From Octopus vulgaris (lineage: Eukaryota): DNA of 64,000 bases. Position 1 is the first letter of the stretch; each line of letters begins with the position of its first letter. Made by a program: the position numbers and the translations under genes. Below, piece by piece: positions 40,382 through 54,251 of this stretch. Where the stretch lies: assembly GCA_951406725.2 (NCBI GenBank), contig OX597818.1:143220001-143284000 (forward strand). The letters are read 5' to 3'. Under the pieces are notes generated by a model. That model saw nothing but the letters and a program-made list of their open reading frames with translations, did no database searches and had not been told where the DNA came from.

Positions 40382-41270
40382 TACTCCCGTATAATTATTT
40401 ATATATGCATGTATATATACATGTAGATGTAGGTACGTACATATATGTTTGTATGTATGCATATATTTTTATTTATCTCCTATATATATATATATATATA
40501 TTCAATATTACATTGTAATACTGTAACAATATTGTTATCACCAGTATTTTTCGATTATTCTTTCCATTATAATCTTTGTTTCTGTACTTTGATATACTTT
40601 TTCTTACTTTCTCTTATTTTACTTATCTTTCTCACCTTTCTTATTTTTTCTTATTTTTTTCTTATTTTTTCCTATTTTCTTTTCTTTCTTTTTTTTACCT
40701 TTTTTTCTTATTTTTCCTACCTTTTTCCTATCTTTTCTGATTTTACTTTTATTTTTATTTTATTTATTTATTCATTTATTTATTTATTTATATGTTTATT
40801 GAGTTTTACATGGGTGTGGTTATGTGTGTGTAATGAAACCTATATCCGTACATATCATTAGTTGTATGAATCAGGTTTATACATGTGCGCGTGGGTAAGT
40901 ATGTAGACACACACGCACACACATACATGCATTAAGTATACAAGATATACTTAATGCATGTCGCGACAGATTGCTATAAACTGACCACTCGCCACAACAA
41001 TATCAAATTTCATTCCCCCTTCATCCGGTAATTAGAAGTAATTTATGACGCTTACACAGCATCAAAACTTTTTAACATCTTTATCTTAATTCTTTTGTCT
41101 TTACGATCACTTTGTATCCTTTTATTTTTATTCTTATTTTTGTACATTTTACTTTTTTACAATACATTTCTAGAATTTATGGCTTTATACCTTACGTTTT
41201 TTTATATTTTAATAGTTTTATATCTTTATATTTTTTATTATATTTTATTGTATAATAACCATTTATAACG

Positions 41271-41555
41271 ATTGCAGCGTGGAAGGTGTTTGTAAGCCAT
41301 TTAAGAAACACACAAAAGCCGTTCGATTCACTTCAACATTTAAGTTTAATTTGTCGAAATATTTTCGTCGCTTTAAGACCGCAACCTGTTCACTGACAAA
41401 AATCCGTGAATCCGTGCTGCACGGACTTTGTCAGTGAACAGGTCGCGGATTTTAGCGACGAAAATATTTTGACAAATTAAACTTAAATGTTGAAGTGAAT
41501 TGAACGGCTTTTGTGTGTTTCTTAAATGGCTTATAAACACCTTCCACACTGCAAT
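41271..41555. repeat. Palindrome (~135-bp arms, ~11-nt loop) with HHR-like topology
   Basis: Arms are reverse complements; the right arm contains TTTGTCA...GTCGC...GCGAC-GAAA-ATAT-TT-TGACAAA. Confidence 0.8.
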
Positions 41556-41978
41556 TGTTTTCGGTTCAGCACACGATCTCAGATCAAATCACTTGCTATG
41601 CAGGTACATCTCCGTAACCATTTATATTTATATTTTTACTTGTGATTTTAACATTATTACCGTTTCCTTCTTTTCCCCCCTATTCTTCTTTTTCCTTTTC
41701 TTTCTCTTCTTTCTCAACCTTCAATTCTCCTTGTTTCCTTCCCTTACAAGAGGAATGAACCCACTGTTATCTACTCAGCATTCATTCTATATTGACTGAT
41801 GATACAGTATGGACGGATTTTCGAAGTCCAATAATACCCTGCACACCTATTTGATTATGAAGATTTGCAAACATACTTTCCCAGTGAAACTCAATATACC
41901 TACCATTATAGATAACACCAAATGTTCCTTTTCGGACTTTTCATAATGTGATACAGGTCATTGGTATAGCAATTGCAT

Positions 41979-42070
41979 GCGGCTGAAGAGAGCTTTAAAC
42001 CATCTGTTATGTCGATTATACATTGATGTAAGAATAAGTTGTTTTATAAAGCTTGAAACACGTGTACCGC
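41979..42070 (+). ncRNA. Apparently intact type-I hammerhead ribozyme
   Basis: GCGG-CTGAAGA-GAGCTTTA...TAAAGCTT-GAAAC-ACGT-GTA-CCGC: stem I, canonical core, stem II, palindromic loop 3, GUA cleavage triplet at 42064-42066. Confidence 0.85.
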
Positions 42071-42223
42071 GACATTCTTTGTGTTCTGTTTTTTATTTCA
42101 TTTGATACATATATCCTCTCACCTCTGCTACTAGCTGGCATATACAGGTGCTTACATTTATCAATGTTTTCACCCTGAATTTATTGTACCTACCTGACCT
42201 ACGTTGTCAATTGGATCAGATCC

Positions 42224-42268
<45 letters not shown>

Positions 42269-42416
42269 TGAAATGGATAAATGAATTATCTTGTTACGGA
42301 TTATTCAAAATTTAACCGATACCTGGGTAGCAAAAATCACAACAGAAAAAACACGGTTGAAGTTACGACCATGGGGTGTCGCAACCGTGCCTTAGCGCGG
42401 ATAATTGAAGTTTAAT

Positions 42417-43098
42417 ATATTTAGTGAAGGGAAGAAATGGAGCTGAACGAAGATTCTACAGAATTCCTTTTATTATTTTCTACACATGTTTCAAAGGCCG
42501 CACATTTCCAAATTCGGATTGAATAAGGAGACCATTTTGCAGCTTTCTCTTCAGGAAAATCCAGGAATTTAAATCTCCAAACAAATGCGCAGCAAGCTAT
42601 TCGAACAAAACGCTAGCTGCTTCCTAACATACTGCCACACATACACAGGCGCACACACACATACATGTAGGTAGGTTCTCACACCTAAATAAGATAGCCT
42701 TAATTCTTAAAACAATCCGAACATTAGCATTAGTTATACAGAATATATTCACACCCTTTGGTTTTCAGTATTTCTTCCCCTACCAGGTTTGACCGCAGTT
42801 TGACCTCGATTTATTCCAACGGACTTTTTCGTCGGCCTCCCCCCCCCCCCCCCCGACGTCAACGCACATTGAGAGACAGTTTTGTGCCATTCCATGGGCT
42901 CCAAAGGAGCGTTTTGTTCGAATAGCTTGCTGCGCATTTGTTTGGAGATTTAAATTCCTGGATTTTCCTGAAGAGAAAGCTGCAAAATGGTCTCCTTATT
43001 CAATCCGAATTTGGAAATTTGCGGGCTTTGAAACATGTGTAGAAAATAATAAAAGGAATTCTGTAGAATCTTCGTTCAGCTCCATTTCTTCCCTTCAC

Positions 43099-43104
<6 letters not shown>
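42417..43104. mobile_element. Inverted repeat (~195-bp arms, ~290-bp spacer), Penelope-type, with an HHR in each arm
   Basis: ~42417-42614 is the reverse complement of ~42908-43104; the right arm runs into (TA)n. Confidence 0.85.
42962..43047 (+). ncRNA. Apparently intact type-I hammerhead ribozyme; inverted twin at 42475-42560
   Basis: ATTTTC-CTGAAGA-G-AAAGCTGCAAA...TTTGCGGGCTTT-GAAAC-ATGT-GTA-GAAAAT. Confidence 0.82.
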
Positions 43105-43178
<74 letters not shown>

Positions 43179-43273
43179 ATCCAAACAAGAAAACACAAAA
43201 AAAACACAACAACGCGAGGACGTGGAACAAATATAGTATTATTGGACGCTCAGGAAAGAAGGGAAGAAGGAGG

Positions 43274-43308
43274 GTTTAACGTTTTGAGCGGAGCTCTTCG
43301 TCGGAAAC
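43274..43308 (-). ncRNA. Degenerate minimal hammerhead motif
   Basis: GTTT-CCGACGA-A-GAGC-TCC-GCTC-AAAAC-GTT-AAAC (core G12 mutated). Confidence 0.55.
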
Positions 43309-43811
43309 ATAGGAGAAGGAAAGATCCCGAGAAGGGAAGACAGAGGAAAAAAATCGCCAACGGTACACACGAGGTCACAATAACAATTTAATAAATAAAA
43401 CATATGCATGCATACATACATATATGTACATACCTACATCTGTATGTTTATATACATGCATATACGAGTACAGGACACCACAAATAAACGTAGAACACAA
43501 TGAGAAACGAAAACATAAAATCAAACAAGGAAACGAAATTTTTTTAATAACGAAAAAAACAGAGTACAAGACAAACAATACAAAGAAAATTCCCCTTCAT
43601 CAGCTGCCCCTGTTTCGACTCAATGCGTGTTTCGAAGGTAAGAGTAGAACACAATCCGGCCGAAGCAGTCCTTCCTGCAAAATAAATTAAATAAAATTCT
43701 TTTGCAGAGGAGTAAAACAAGTGACAAGAACAGGACGTAAAAGCAATACAAATGAAGAAAAAACAGTACAAATAAAGAATAAAAACAGGACAAGGAAACC
43801 AACAATAAGGG

Positions 43812-43868
<57 letters not shown>

Positions 43869-43872
<4 letters not shown>

Positions 43873-44275
43873 TCTTTATTCTTTTACTTGTTCCAGTCAT
43901 TTAACTGAGGTCATGCTAGAGCACCGCCTTTTAGTCGAGCAAATCGATCCCAGGACTTATTCTTTGGAAGCCTAGTACTTATTCTATCGGTTCCTTTTGC
44001 TGAAACGCTAAATTACGGGGACGTAAACTCACCACCATCGGTTGTCAAGCAATGTTGGGGGGACAAAAACAGACACATAAACATATACACACACATACAT
44101 ATACATATATACGACGGTCTTCTTTCGGTTTCCGTCTACTAAATCCACTCACAAGGCTTTGGTCGGCCCGAGGCTATAGTAGAAAACGCTTGCCCAAGTT
44201 GCTATGCAATGCGAATGAACCCTGAACCAGGTGGTTGGTAAGCAAGCTACTTACCACACAGCCACTCCTGCGCCT
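43869..44275 (-). mobile_element. SINE family A
   Basis: Matches the 7305-7722 copy. Confidence 0.85.
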
Positions 44276-44848
44276 ATATATATATTACTGAAAGAAATCC
44301 AACCTTGTCTGATTTCCGCGTTTTATTTACAACTTATAAAATAGCATAAGAAACGATCGAATATCAAATCTTCATTCTGATTGAACTAGTACTTTCATGC
44401 ATTAAACTATGCAATCTTCAGGTTCATATAGTAGTGGTGACAGTTATGTTTTACAATTTACAACTGTAGTGAGATGGCTAAAATGTGTGCCTTAAGTACA
44501 TTTGTATACGCTCCAAAATGTTAAGCTTTGCAAACTGTATTCTGATTAATCAGTGTGTGGCTTTAATAAATTAAGTTGATTGGTGTCACGGTATCATGGT
44601 AACCCTGGATACAATGCGCTTCGCATTATTTCAAATGATGCCACCCCGCTGGGAAGGTGGGCAGGCCAACATTCCTCCTGAACAGAATGACAGTTCGTCG
44701 TAGAGTTATCTAGTTATAAGTGAGTTGTCTGGAGCAACGTGAAATGAAGTGTTTTCTTCAAGAAAACAATGCATCGCCGGTCTGGGAATGGAAACTACAA
44801 TCATCCGATCTTGAGAGCAATACCCTAACCACTAGAGTCCGTGTCTTA

Positions 44849-44909
<61 letters not shown>

Positions 44910-45837
44910 GGATGCGTATCTGTGAAACACTCAGCTACTTGTATGGTAATTTCACACGCAGAAATTTTCCCAACGTGCAATTAAGTGCTTATCATCGTGG
45001 GGATAAAGTTCTCAGGCATCTCCTGTACAGAGTCCTATCGGAAGATTTTCTGGCTGGAATCCAAAGCGTGACGAACTGAGACTACAGATATTATCCAATC
45101 ATCTTGTTCTTGGTCAACCCCTAATTCTTCAATCAGTTGGCTCGACTCGTAGAACTCGTCTTGCGATTTTTGTCTATGACATTCTAACCACTTGTTTATA
45201 GTATCGGAGCTGCGACCTCTCAATATGGAGAATGTGCCAAGGAATTCACCATACCTGAGGCATTCTTATAGTTAAGACAACAATATTGCGCGGCTGACCC
45301 ATTCCAGCTAAGCCTGAAGCTATTTCACGTCACGATTTGACTTGGTCAGAAGTGGTGAGGTAACGACGTTGAACTTTTTTCAGTGACGCTCAAAACAATT
45401 GGAAGAGAGGAAGTTATTCTTAGGCCAGATACGTAGCCAGTATCCATGCAACAGAGTGGACAACATTTGAGATACCCAATGTGACAGGTGGTAGTGCTGT
45501 TAAACCGGATGACAGTCTAACACCATTACTCGGTGTTAAACCGTTAAATCTACCACCTAAGAGCAAGAGCAATCCTCATCGACAGCTTTCGTTAGCAAAA
45601 TCTCTTTGATTCAGCTTTTAACAATCTGAGAATATGACGGACGAAAGTTCCCCCAAGGTGCCGAACGCGAAACCAGAAAGTTACAAAGCGTTCTTCTTAA
45701 TCAAATAGTTATGCTTGCATCCAATAATGTCATTTACGTCATTCAGGTATTTGAGAAAGCTATGAACACTGTAGAAAGCTATGAACACTATGTATGAATA
45801 CCGGCTTAACTCTTGAGTTAATATGAATAATCATGAT

Positions 45838-46052
45838 AAGGCGATGAGCTGGCAGAATCGTTAGCATGCCGAGCAAATTGCTTCGTGGCGCTTCGTCCGT
45901 CTTTACGTTCTGAGTTCAAATTTCGCCGAGGTCACCTTTACCTTTCATCCTTTCGGAGTCGATAAAATAAATACCAGTTGAGCACTGGGGTTGTTGTAAT
46001 CGACTATCTCTTTACCCGAAATTGCTGGCCTTGTGCCAAAAAATGGAAACCC
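45838..46052 (+). mobile_element. SINE family B variant
   Basis: GAGCTGGCAGAATCGTTAGC...GAGTTCAAATT...CCTTTCATCCTTTCGG. Related copies at ~11615-11840, 18730-19065, 50563-50770 (-) and 57755-57970 (-). Confidence 0.8.
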
Positions 46053-46545
46053 ATATAAATAATCACAATTTTGTCACTCATCAAACCATTTTCGGTTCCC
46101 GAAACCAGTTTCTAGTACTTATGGAACCCATTCGACTCGGTTTCTGTCGCTTATTGCTTCTGGGAAAGTCACAAACAAAATAAACATCTGACACAGATTT
46201 TCGAATTAATCTAATTTCTTGACTGAAGAAAAATAAAATTAAAAATTAGACAGTCATAGCTGGAACATCTTGGGCACAGTCATAGTAACCTTTTATTTCT
46301 TGCGACTATACAGAAATCTGATATTGTCTCAGATCCATCAAGGCACCAGAAACAAGACTATACTTCTTTTACTATGAACTTCTTTCCATTAAAGTTCAGT
46401 TGAAACAACCATCATTGAATGTCTTTGCCAAGACTGGAAAATAAGGAATCAAAAAACAATATTAAATACGACAAAGTTAGTTCAAAAATGATTATCTTTA
46501 GGAATCAAGCTTTTCATATTGCACGCCAGTAAACACGCGTGCGCG

Positions 46546-46654
<109 letters not shown>

Positions 46655-46782
46655 GCACACACGCACGCACACATGCATATATATATATTTATATATAAAT
46701 TCATTTTTGGTATGAACAGCAAATATTTGCATATGCGTTTGATTTACCTACATACGTGTGCGTGTGTATTATACAAAATACG

Positions 46783-46822
<40 letters not shown>

Positions 46823-46978
46823 ATACGTATGCATGCATCTATTGATCTGGACGTGCATAAATATACAGACACATAGGTACACATACATACATACATTCAC
46901 ACACATCAAAATGTACATACGTACGTGCCTATATGTATATATATATGTACACACACACACACAACACACACACACACA

Positions 46979-47025
<47 letters not shown>

Positions 47026-47804
47026 ACATGCATTTACTGACAAATATCCACGGAAGTATCCTTTTTGTTCCGGAAAGTATTGCTCTGTGGAATTTTAATC
47101 CTATCAGCTGCATTTTTATATTCCCGGTAAAAAAAACAAAAAACAAAAAAAAAAAAACAAATGAAAGAAAACAAAAAGTAGAAAAAGAAAGAAGCAAAAT
47201 GGCAAAAACAATAATAACAACCAAAATCTAATTCACACGACACGAACTTTGCAAGATTCGGCGATCGACTTAAAAAAGAAATCTCCAAGAATACCGACCA
47301 TTAAAACGTGAACTGTACCATGGAGACTTTTTCCGCATTTTAGATTTACCTGTTTTTTATGATATTCCACAACATCCCACACATTGCAATCTCTGACGAC
47401 AAAAATAGCAAAAGAATCTTTTGTTAAGATACGTGCATACATGCATACATATACATGCATGAATAATACAGACATATACACATGCATACATACATACATG
47501 CATACATGCATGCATACATACATACATACATACATACATACATACATACATACATACATACATACATACATACACACACACATACATACATACATACATG
47601 CATACATACATACATACATACATACATACATACATACATACATACATGCATACATACATATATACATATATAGATACATACATATATATATATACATGCA
47701 TACATACGCACAAACATACGCACGCACATAAGTAGATACATAGATAGATAGATAGATGGACATATGAATACATACTTACGTACATGCATACATACATACA
47801 TACA

Positions 47805-47838
<34 letters not shown>

Positions 47839-47911
47839 CATACATACATACATACATATATACATAAGTAGATTTATAAATAGATAGATGAATATATAGG
47901 TAAATTAATAG

Positions 47912-47966
<55 letters not shown>

Positions 47967-48727
47967 ATATATACATACATACATACATATATACATACAT
48001 AAATGCAAGGTATGGAGAAAATATTTGGCAAAGCTGACAGTTTAGATATACTTAAAAGTAGTTTCAAATGAGGAACATTCATATAACAGAAATTCCAATA
48101 AATAATTGATTGTTTAATATAGAGTATACATCAAAATAGGCTTTTTAACTGCTGCAGATCGAGGGACATTCCATCTCACCAAGCTGTAGTGCTTGTTGTT
48201 CTCTTTGTGTGTGTGATGTGAGTGCGTGCGTGCGTGTGTGTGAGTGTGCGTACGCTTGTGTGTGAGTGAGTGTGTGTATTACTTTGTGTTGATGAAATGT
48301 CTTTAACCCAATTTTAATTTTCTGGGTCATTTCTTTTTGTTTTTGTAATTCCATTTGATTGCGGTTGTGTGAGGGTTAGCTCTTATTCTCTAACCAAGAA
48401 CTGAGATTCCCAACATGAAATTCCGACTGCAAAACTTCTAGAGAGAAAATTCATGTTACACTTGTTTTGCAGTTAAAGCTCTTACAATCAGGAACAGAGA
48501 TCGAATCTGATCAAATTGAAAAAGTATCCATGACTGTAAGCTGTACTCGAGTCCAGTAAGCTAACTCTTTTGGAAAAATTCATTAAACCGGCTCGTTTAG
48601 TCAACAACGTTGGTGCTTTAGTAGTCCTGTGGGTAAGGATATGAGTTGACATCAGCTTATTATCTTGGTCAGGGTTCAATTCCGCCCGGGAACTACACTA
48701 AGCGGTCTTACTATATTTTTTTTTATA

Positions 48728-48852
48728 GATGCAGGCGTGGCTGTGTGGTAAGAAGCTTGCTTCTCAACCTTGGTTAAGTGTCTTCTACTGTAACCTCGGG
48801 CCGACCAAAGCCTTGTGAGTGGATTTGGTAGACGGAAACTGAAAGAAGCCTG

Positions 48853-48908
<56 letters not shown>

Positions 48909-49130
48909 GTATGTGTGTGTGCGTATCTATGTACATGTGACTGTGTTTTGTCTCGCATCACCGCTTGACAACCAGTGTTGGTGTGTTTACGTCCCTGTTA
49001 CTTAGCGGTTCGGCAATAGAGACCGACAGAATAAGTACTTGGCTTCATAAAATGTCCTGGGAGTGCGATTTGTTCGACCAAATCTACTGAAGGCGGTATC
49101 CTAGCATGACTGAAACAAGTAAAAGCTAAA
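48728..49130 (+). mobile_element. SINE family A with internal deletion
   Basis: Head lacks the B-box segment; core and tail are present. Confidence 0.75.
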
Positions 49131-49817
49131 ACAACCCCGTTCTTCAGGTTTTGGGTGATTGCATGCAAGAATGGTTACTATCAGGAATATTTTATTTATT
49201 TCCCGGATACTTCAAACGGAGTAATAAGATCACTATTTCAAAGAATTCCTTTCCCCCACAGACAAAATCGTATATGGTCCTTCAACATTGGAATAGTTAC
49301 TGCATACATACTTCTTTATTATGGAAATAGATTTGCTTAGTGTCAGATCTCTCAGTATTTTTAAAACTAGGTAAGCATGACGCTACACTTCAGTTCCTAT
49401 TCAACGTATGATATTATCATTGACTTCTGAAATTGCGGTCTAAAATACTGGTCGATATGAGAAATGTGCTTTCTCTTGATATAAGTAATATCAAAATCAT
49501 CCGCTTTCTGGTACGACCCACCTCAGTATTTCTCAAAGACATAAACTTTTAGAAGTTGTTTGCGTGGATTAAAAATAAATTCAAGATATCTGTGACCGGA
49601 TCTAAACAGAAAGTTTTTGCTAAGTAAAAAATGACGTGCCTGGTTTGCGGCTGACACAGTTGTGAAAGCTACATTTTCAATGTTCGAATAATTAGATTCA
49701 GTAGCAGTTAACCTCCTTTGTAAATGTGATTATCCTGCCGCAAATTTTCTAACAATTAGTCAACATAACTGAACCGTGCCAGAAGTTTACAGTTATTCAA
49801 GTGCATATATATATATA

Positions 49818-50182
49818 CTAGCAGTATCGCCCGGCGTTGCTCAGGTTTGTAAGGGAAATAACTATAAAGCATTTTTAGAGAGTTATAGCCAAAAAATAGC
49901 AAAAAAATGGAAAAAAATGATGGTAAATTTTTTTTTAGTTAAAAAAGGTGGAGTTGCGTCCCCTAGACAGTTTGCGGTTTGTGTTTCTGATTCTCGACCC
50001 CATGTCGAATATATCGATATTTTTCAGAACTGGGGGAACGTTTCAAAATTTTCGCTGCGTTAGTTTTGAATTATGACATTGGGCTATGTGTGTGTCAAGT
50101 TTCATCAGAATCGGTTGAAAGCCGTGGTCAGGGTGAGGGTACAAGCAAACAGACACACAGAAACACCCACAGACAAACAGCC

Positions 50183-50200
<18 letters not shown>
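49818..50200 (-). mobile_element. Non-autonomous Helitron
   Basis: Minus-strand 3' end GAGCAACGCCGGGCGATACTGCTAG, similar to the 3' end of 59470-59866. Confidence 0.7.
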
Positions 50201-50221
<21 letters not shown>

Positions 50222-50824
50222 GACAGACAGATAGACAGACAGATAGATAGATATATAGATAGATACATACATACATACATAGATACATACATACATACAT
50301 ACATACATACATACATACATACATACATACATACATACATACATACATACATACATACATGCATACATACATATATATCCATGCGTAGATATGCTAAACA
50401 GGCATCACATCATTTGTTGATGAGAAGCTTTTGTTAAGATCAAAACCCGTGAGCATTTTAAAATTATCGAAGGCTCTGTGGTGCTTATTTCTGCAACCAA
50501 ATTCAAAGTTTTCTCGAGCAATTTTCGAAATGCAACGATAATTTAAGAATATGCAAGCAAATATTGGTTTCAAGTTTTGGCACAAGGCCAACAATTTTGA
50601 GGGAGGGGTAAGACGATTGAATCGATCCCTGTGTTCAACTGGTTCTCATTTTATTGATTCCAAAAGAATGAAAGGCAAAAGCGACCTCCATGGAACTTAA
50701 ACTCAGAAATGAAGACAGACGAAATGCCACTAAGCATTTAGCCCTACGTGCTAACGATTCTGCCAGCTCTTTGTCTCCACGTACTCAAATATTGACCATA
50801 AAAATGTATCAAATCTAAAGAGAA

Positions 50825-52254
50825 CTTTTAAGTAACAAGGTCAATTTTTCCAACTTAAACATATTCACATATACACATTTGTAGTTTTAATGCACCATCA
50901 CAATCATGCGCAAGGCCCAGCTGAGATGGGCGGGCCACGTCTCCCGCATGTCCGACACTCGCATCCCAAAGCAGCTCTTCTACGGTGAACTCAGCCAGGG
51001 CAAGCGTAAAGTCGGAGGGCAGAAGAAGCGCTTCAAGGACAGTCTCAAGGTCTCTCTCAAAGACTTCTCCATCGGCACAGAGACCTGGGAGACACTTGCT
51101 GCCGACCGCTCATCCTGGCGCAGCGCAATCACCACAGGAGCAGGAACAGCCGAGGAGGGACGGATTCGGTCAGCAGAGCAGAAACGCCAGATGCGGAAAG
51201 CCAGAACCGCCTGCACCAGTAGCACGGCCCCTACCCACTTCTGCCCCACCTGTGGGAGGGACTTCCTTGCCCGGATTGGCCTCACCAGCCTCCTCCGGTC
51301 TCATAGCGGCAGTTCCACCAGATGATGTCAGTGGTCATCTTCGAACCCGAAGGACGAATATTATTATTAATGTTTAATGAATCGTTGGGTAACCACGGAA
51401 TTCTTACTCTTCATAAAGTGTGTTGATATTAATTGGCTTTGTCACGTTTGAAGAGATAGGGTGCGGGGACTGTATTTCGGAATCATGTCCCTGGAAAACA
51501 ATAATTGAATATTTGAGATTTAAATCTATCTACGCTCGTACAAACACACTCGGCCGAAAATAGTTGAAAACAAGCAAAAATAAGAAGAAATTAGTCGACA
51601 TAACTAATATCAACTAATATTTTCAGGACCAAATCTTAATTTTGAGAACCACCTTTTGAATTGCCTCAAAACAATAGCTTGTTACTATTAAAGCTACATT
51701 CTCTGAGTTAATAGCCATACCTGCGTCTCAGACGATTCAATGTTATCTTGATCTTCAGGTTCAGTTCCTCCGAGCTAGTTACACCCAAGAATATATGCCA
51801 TCCTGATAAATAAATTTTATTTTTTAATATCGCTCCTCAAAGTTGCACGTTGAGAAATAGCAGTGGCAGTTTTGGCGCTTGAAGACATTCATGTTCACCT
51901 CAACAAACCAATATGGGCGATAAGTTTCTTAGGAATCAACATCTATTTGAATTTGGTGGTTTTAAACCCGCAGAGAGAATTCTAAGAAAACCACCTCCTA
52001 GAGATGGTTCAATATTAGGGGTTCCCCGAACAAATCTTGTAATTAGCATCTACACTGTAGTCACCACAGATATGCAAATCTCTTTCTGATTTTCATACTA
52101 ATATTATAAAGAAAGAACGTCCATTTGCAGTCAGTTGGTAGAACATGTTCTAATGTATCCTGTTCAATAATTTTGCATAACTCACAACTAGTATCTGTAC
52201 ATATGAGACCAGTTTATTTTCCTCTGAGTCGCTGTTTAGCGTATCTACACGTTG

Positions 52255-52285
<31 letters not shown>

Positions 52286-52403
52286 TGTATGTATGTATGT
52301 ATGTATGTATGTATGTATGTATGTATGTACGTACGTATGTATGTATGTATGAACATACGTATGTATGTATGTATGTATGTATATGTCTGTCTGTCTGTCT
52401 GCT

Positions 52404-52467
<64 letters not shown>

Positions 52468-52469
52468 CA

Positions 52470-52524
<55 letters not shown>

Positions 52525-52891
52525 GTATATATATATATTTAATAAGCACTTGAATAACTGTAAACTTCTGGCACGGTTCAGTTATGTCGACTAATTTCTT
52601 CTTATTTTTGCTTGTTTTCAACTATTTTCGGCCGAGTGTGTTTGTACGAGCGTAGATAGATTTAAATCTCAAATATTCAATTATTGTTTTCCAGGGACAT
52701 GATTCCGAAATACAGTCCCCGCACCCTATCTCTTCAAACGTGACAAAGCCAATTAATATCAACACACTTTATGAAGAGTAAGAATTCCGTGGTTACCCAA
52801 CGATTCATTAAACATTACCAGGCATTAAAACTCCAAAAGTGTGTATGTGAATTTGTTTAAGTTGGAAAAAATTGACCTTGTTACTTAAAAG
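50825..52891. repeat. Long inverted repeat (~310-bp arms); left arm split by an RTE insertion
   Basis: 51368-51605 is the reverse complement of 52580-52817; 50825-50893 is the imperfect reverse complement of 52822-52891. Confidence 0.9.
50894..51367 (+). mobile_element. Young 5'-truncated RTE (BovB-like) LINE 3' end
   Basis: Open frame QLRWAGHVSRMSDTRIPKQLFYGEL...GGQKKRFKD...CPTCGR, short 3'UTR and (ATT)n tail; GC-rich against the background. Confidence 0.92.
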
Positions 52892-54251
52892 AATGCCAAA
52901 ATTATAAGATGTCTGAGAGTGGTGAGCTGGAAAAAGAGACGAAAATGCTTCATAATATTTAGTTTTATCTCCTCTATGTTCTGTGTTAAAATTCTGCTTG
53001 AATCTTTTTAACTTTTCATTTCTCCAGAATCGATAAAAACAAGTATCAGTAATAAAACGAAGGCGATTTTAACGACTGTAATCACTTCCAGCATATAAAT
53101 TAGCTTTGTGTCTAGTCGAAAATAAGTCAATATTGTATGATATATGTGAAACGAAAACAAAGAAATAGAGAGAGAAAAAAATGAAGAAAGGCGTTTTCCG
53201 TTGTTATTTTCCCTTTTCTTTTATTCAGTTCGAAAGAGAAACACGTAACAAAGGAAAAAACATTTCAGGGAAACGAAAATGAAATCCGTAATAAATTTCT
53301 CCGGCGAGTAAGATATAAGTCTACAGCTTGGAGACTTATAATATGATTGAATAACTTCCATAGATAATCAAATTATAGAATTATCGAATTAAACTATTTT
53401 GTTTGATGCAGGGTTTTTTTCCTCAGGGGGTTATAATGCGTTATGGTGGTGGTGGTGGTGGTGGTGGTGGTGCTGCTACTTCTGGTTGTAGAGGTGGTGG
53501 AGGTAATCGGTGAGTGTCCTAGAAGAGTATATTAAACGAACTAATTTCTTTCCTTTATCCCTCTCTTTTGTTTTAGGGATTGAAAAGGAATTATCTTTTG
53601 TATAGTGTTTATTTTAGTTTTTGTTTCTTTTTGTTTTAAATAATGTCTATACACCCACCTCAGTCGTCTATAAAAATTAGAGCTGAGCAGAATAACAACA
53701 TGAATATATATCTCCTTCTTCCCCCACCCCAGTGGGAATTACATGGAAGGAAATACAACAGTTAATAATCTGCAAAATATTCTTTAAAAAAATAAGATTC
53801 CTTCTTTCTGAAGTCTTGAGAATAAGCAGAAGAATTCCGTTTCGTTATGCTCATGGTAATTAAAACCTGCATTCTATAGAAAGGTAAAAGTAAATAAACA
53901 AATAAATAAACAAATACGCAAAGCAATAATAGTGATACTGATGATGATGATAATAAAAGTAATGATGGAATAGTAAAGGCAGTAATGAAAACAATGAGGA
54001 TCGTGAAGCTGATGAGGATGTTTGATGGCAAAAGTGAAGATGGCGATGGTTGGGAGATGATGGTGATGATAAATGCTAATAGCAACAAAGTAATAAGTTT
54101 GTGGGTGTGTCTGTGTGCGTGCTCCTATGTGTATGATTGCACACACACACACACACACACACAGAAGAGCACGCACACACGCATATATATGTATACACAC
54201 ATATGTATGTGTGAGTGTGTGTGTGTGTGTGTATGTATATATTTATATGCA

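Noticed and set aside
41793-41900. CTGATGA...GAAAC pair resembling another HHR
   Set aside because: Stem II and the cleavage triplet could not be assigned convincingly.
45000-45560. Possible LTR gag remnant on the minus strand
   Set aside because: Too degraded to support without a search.
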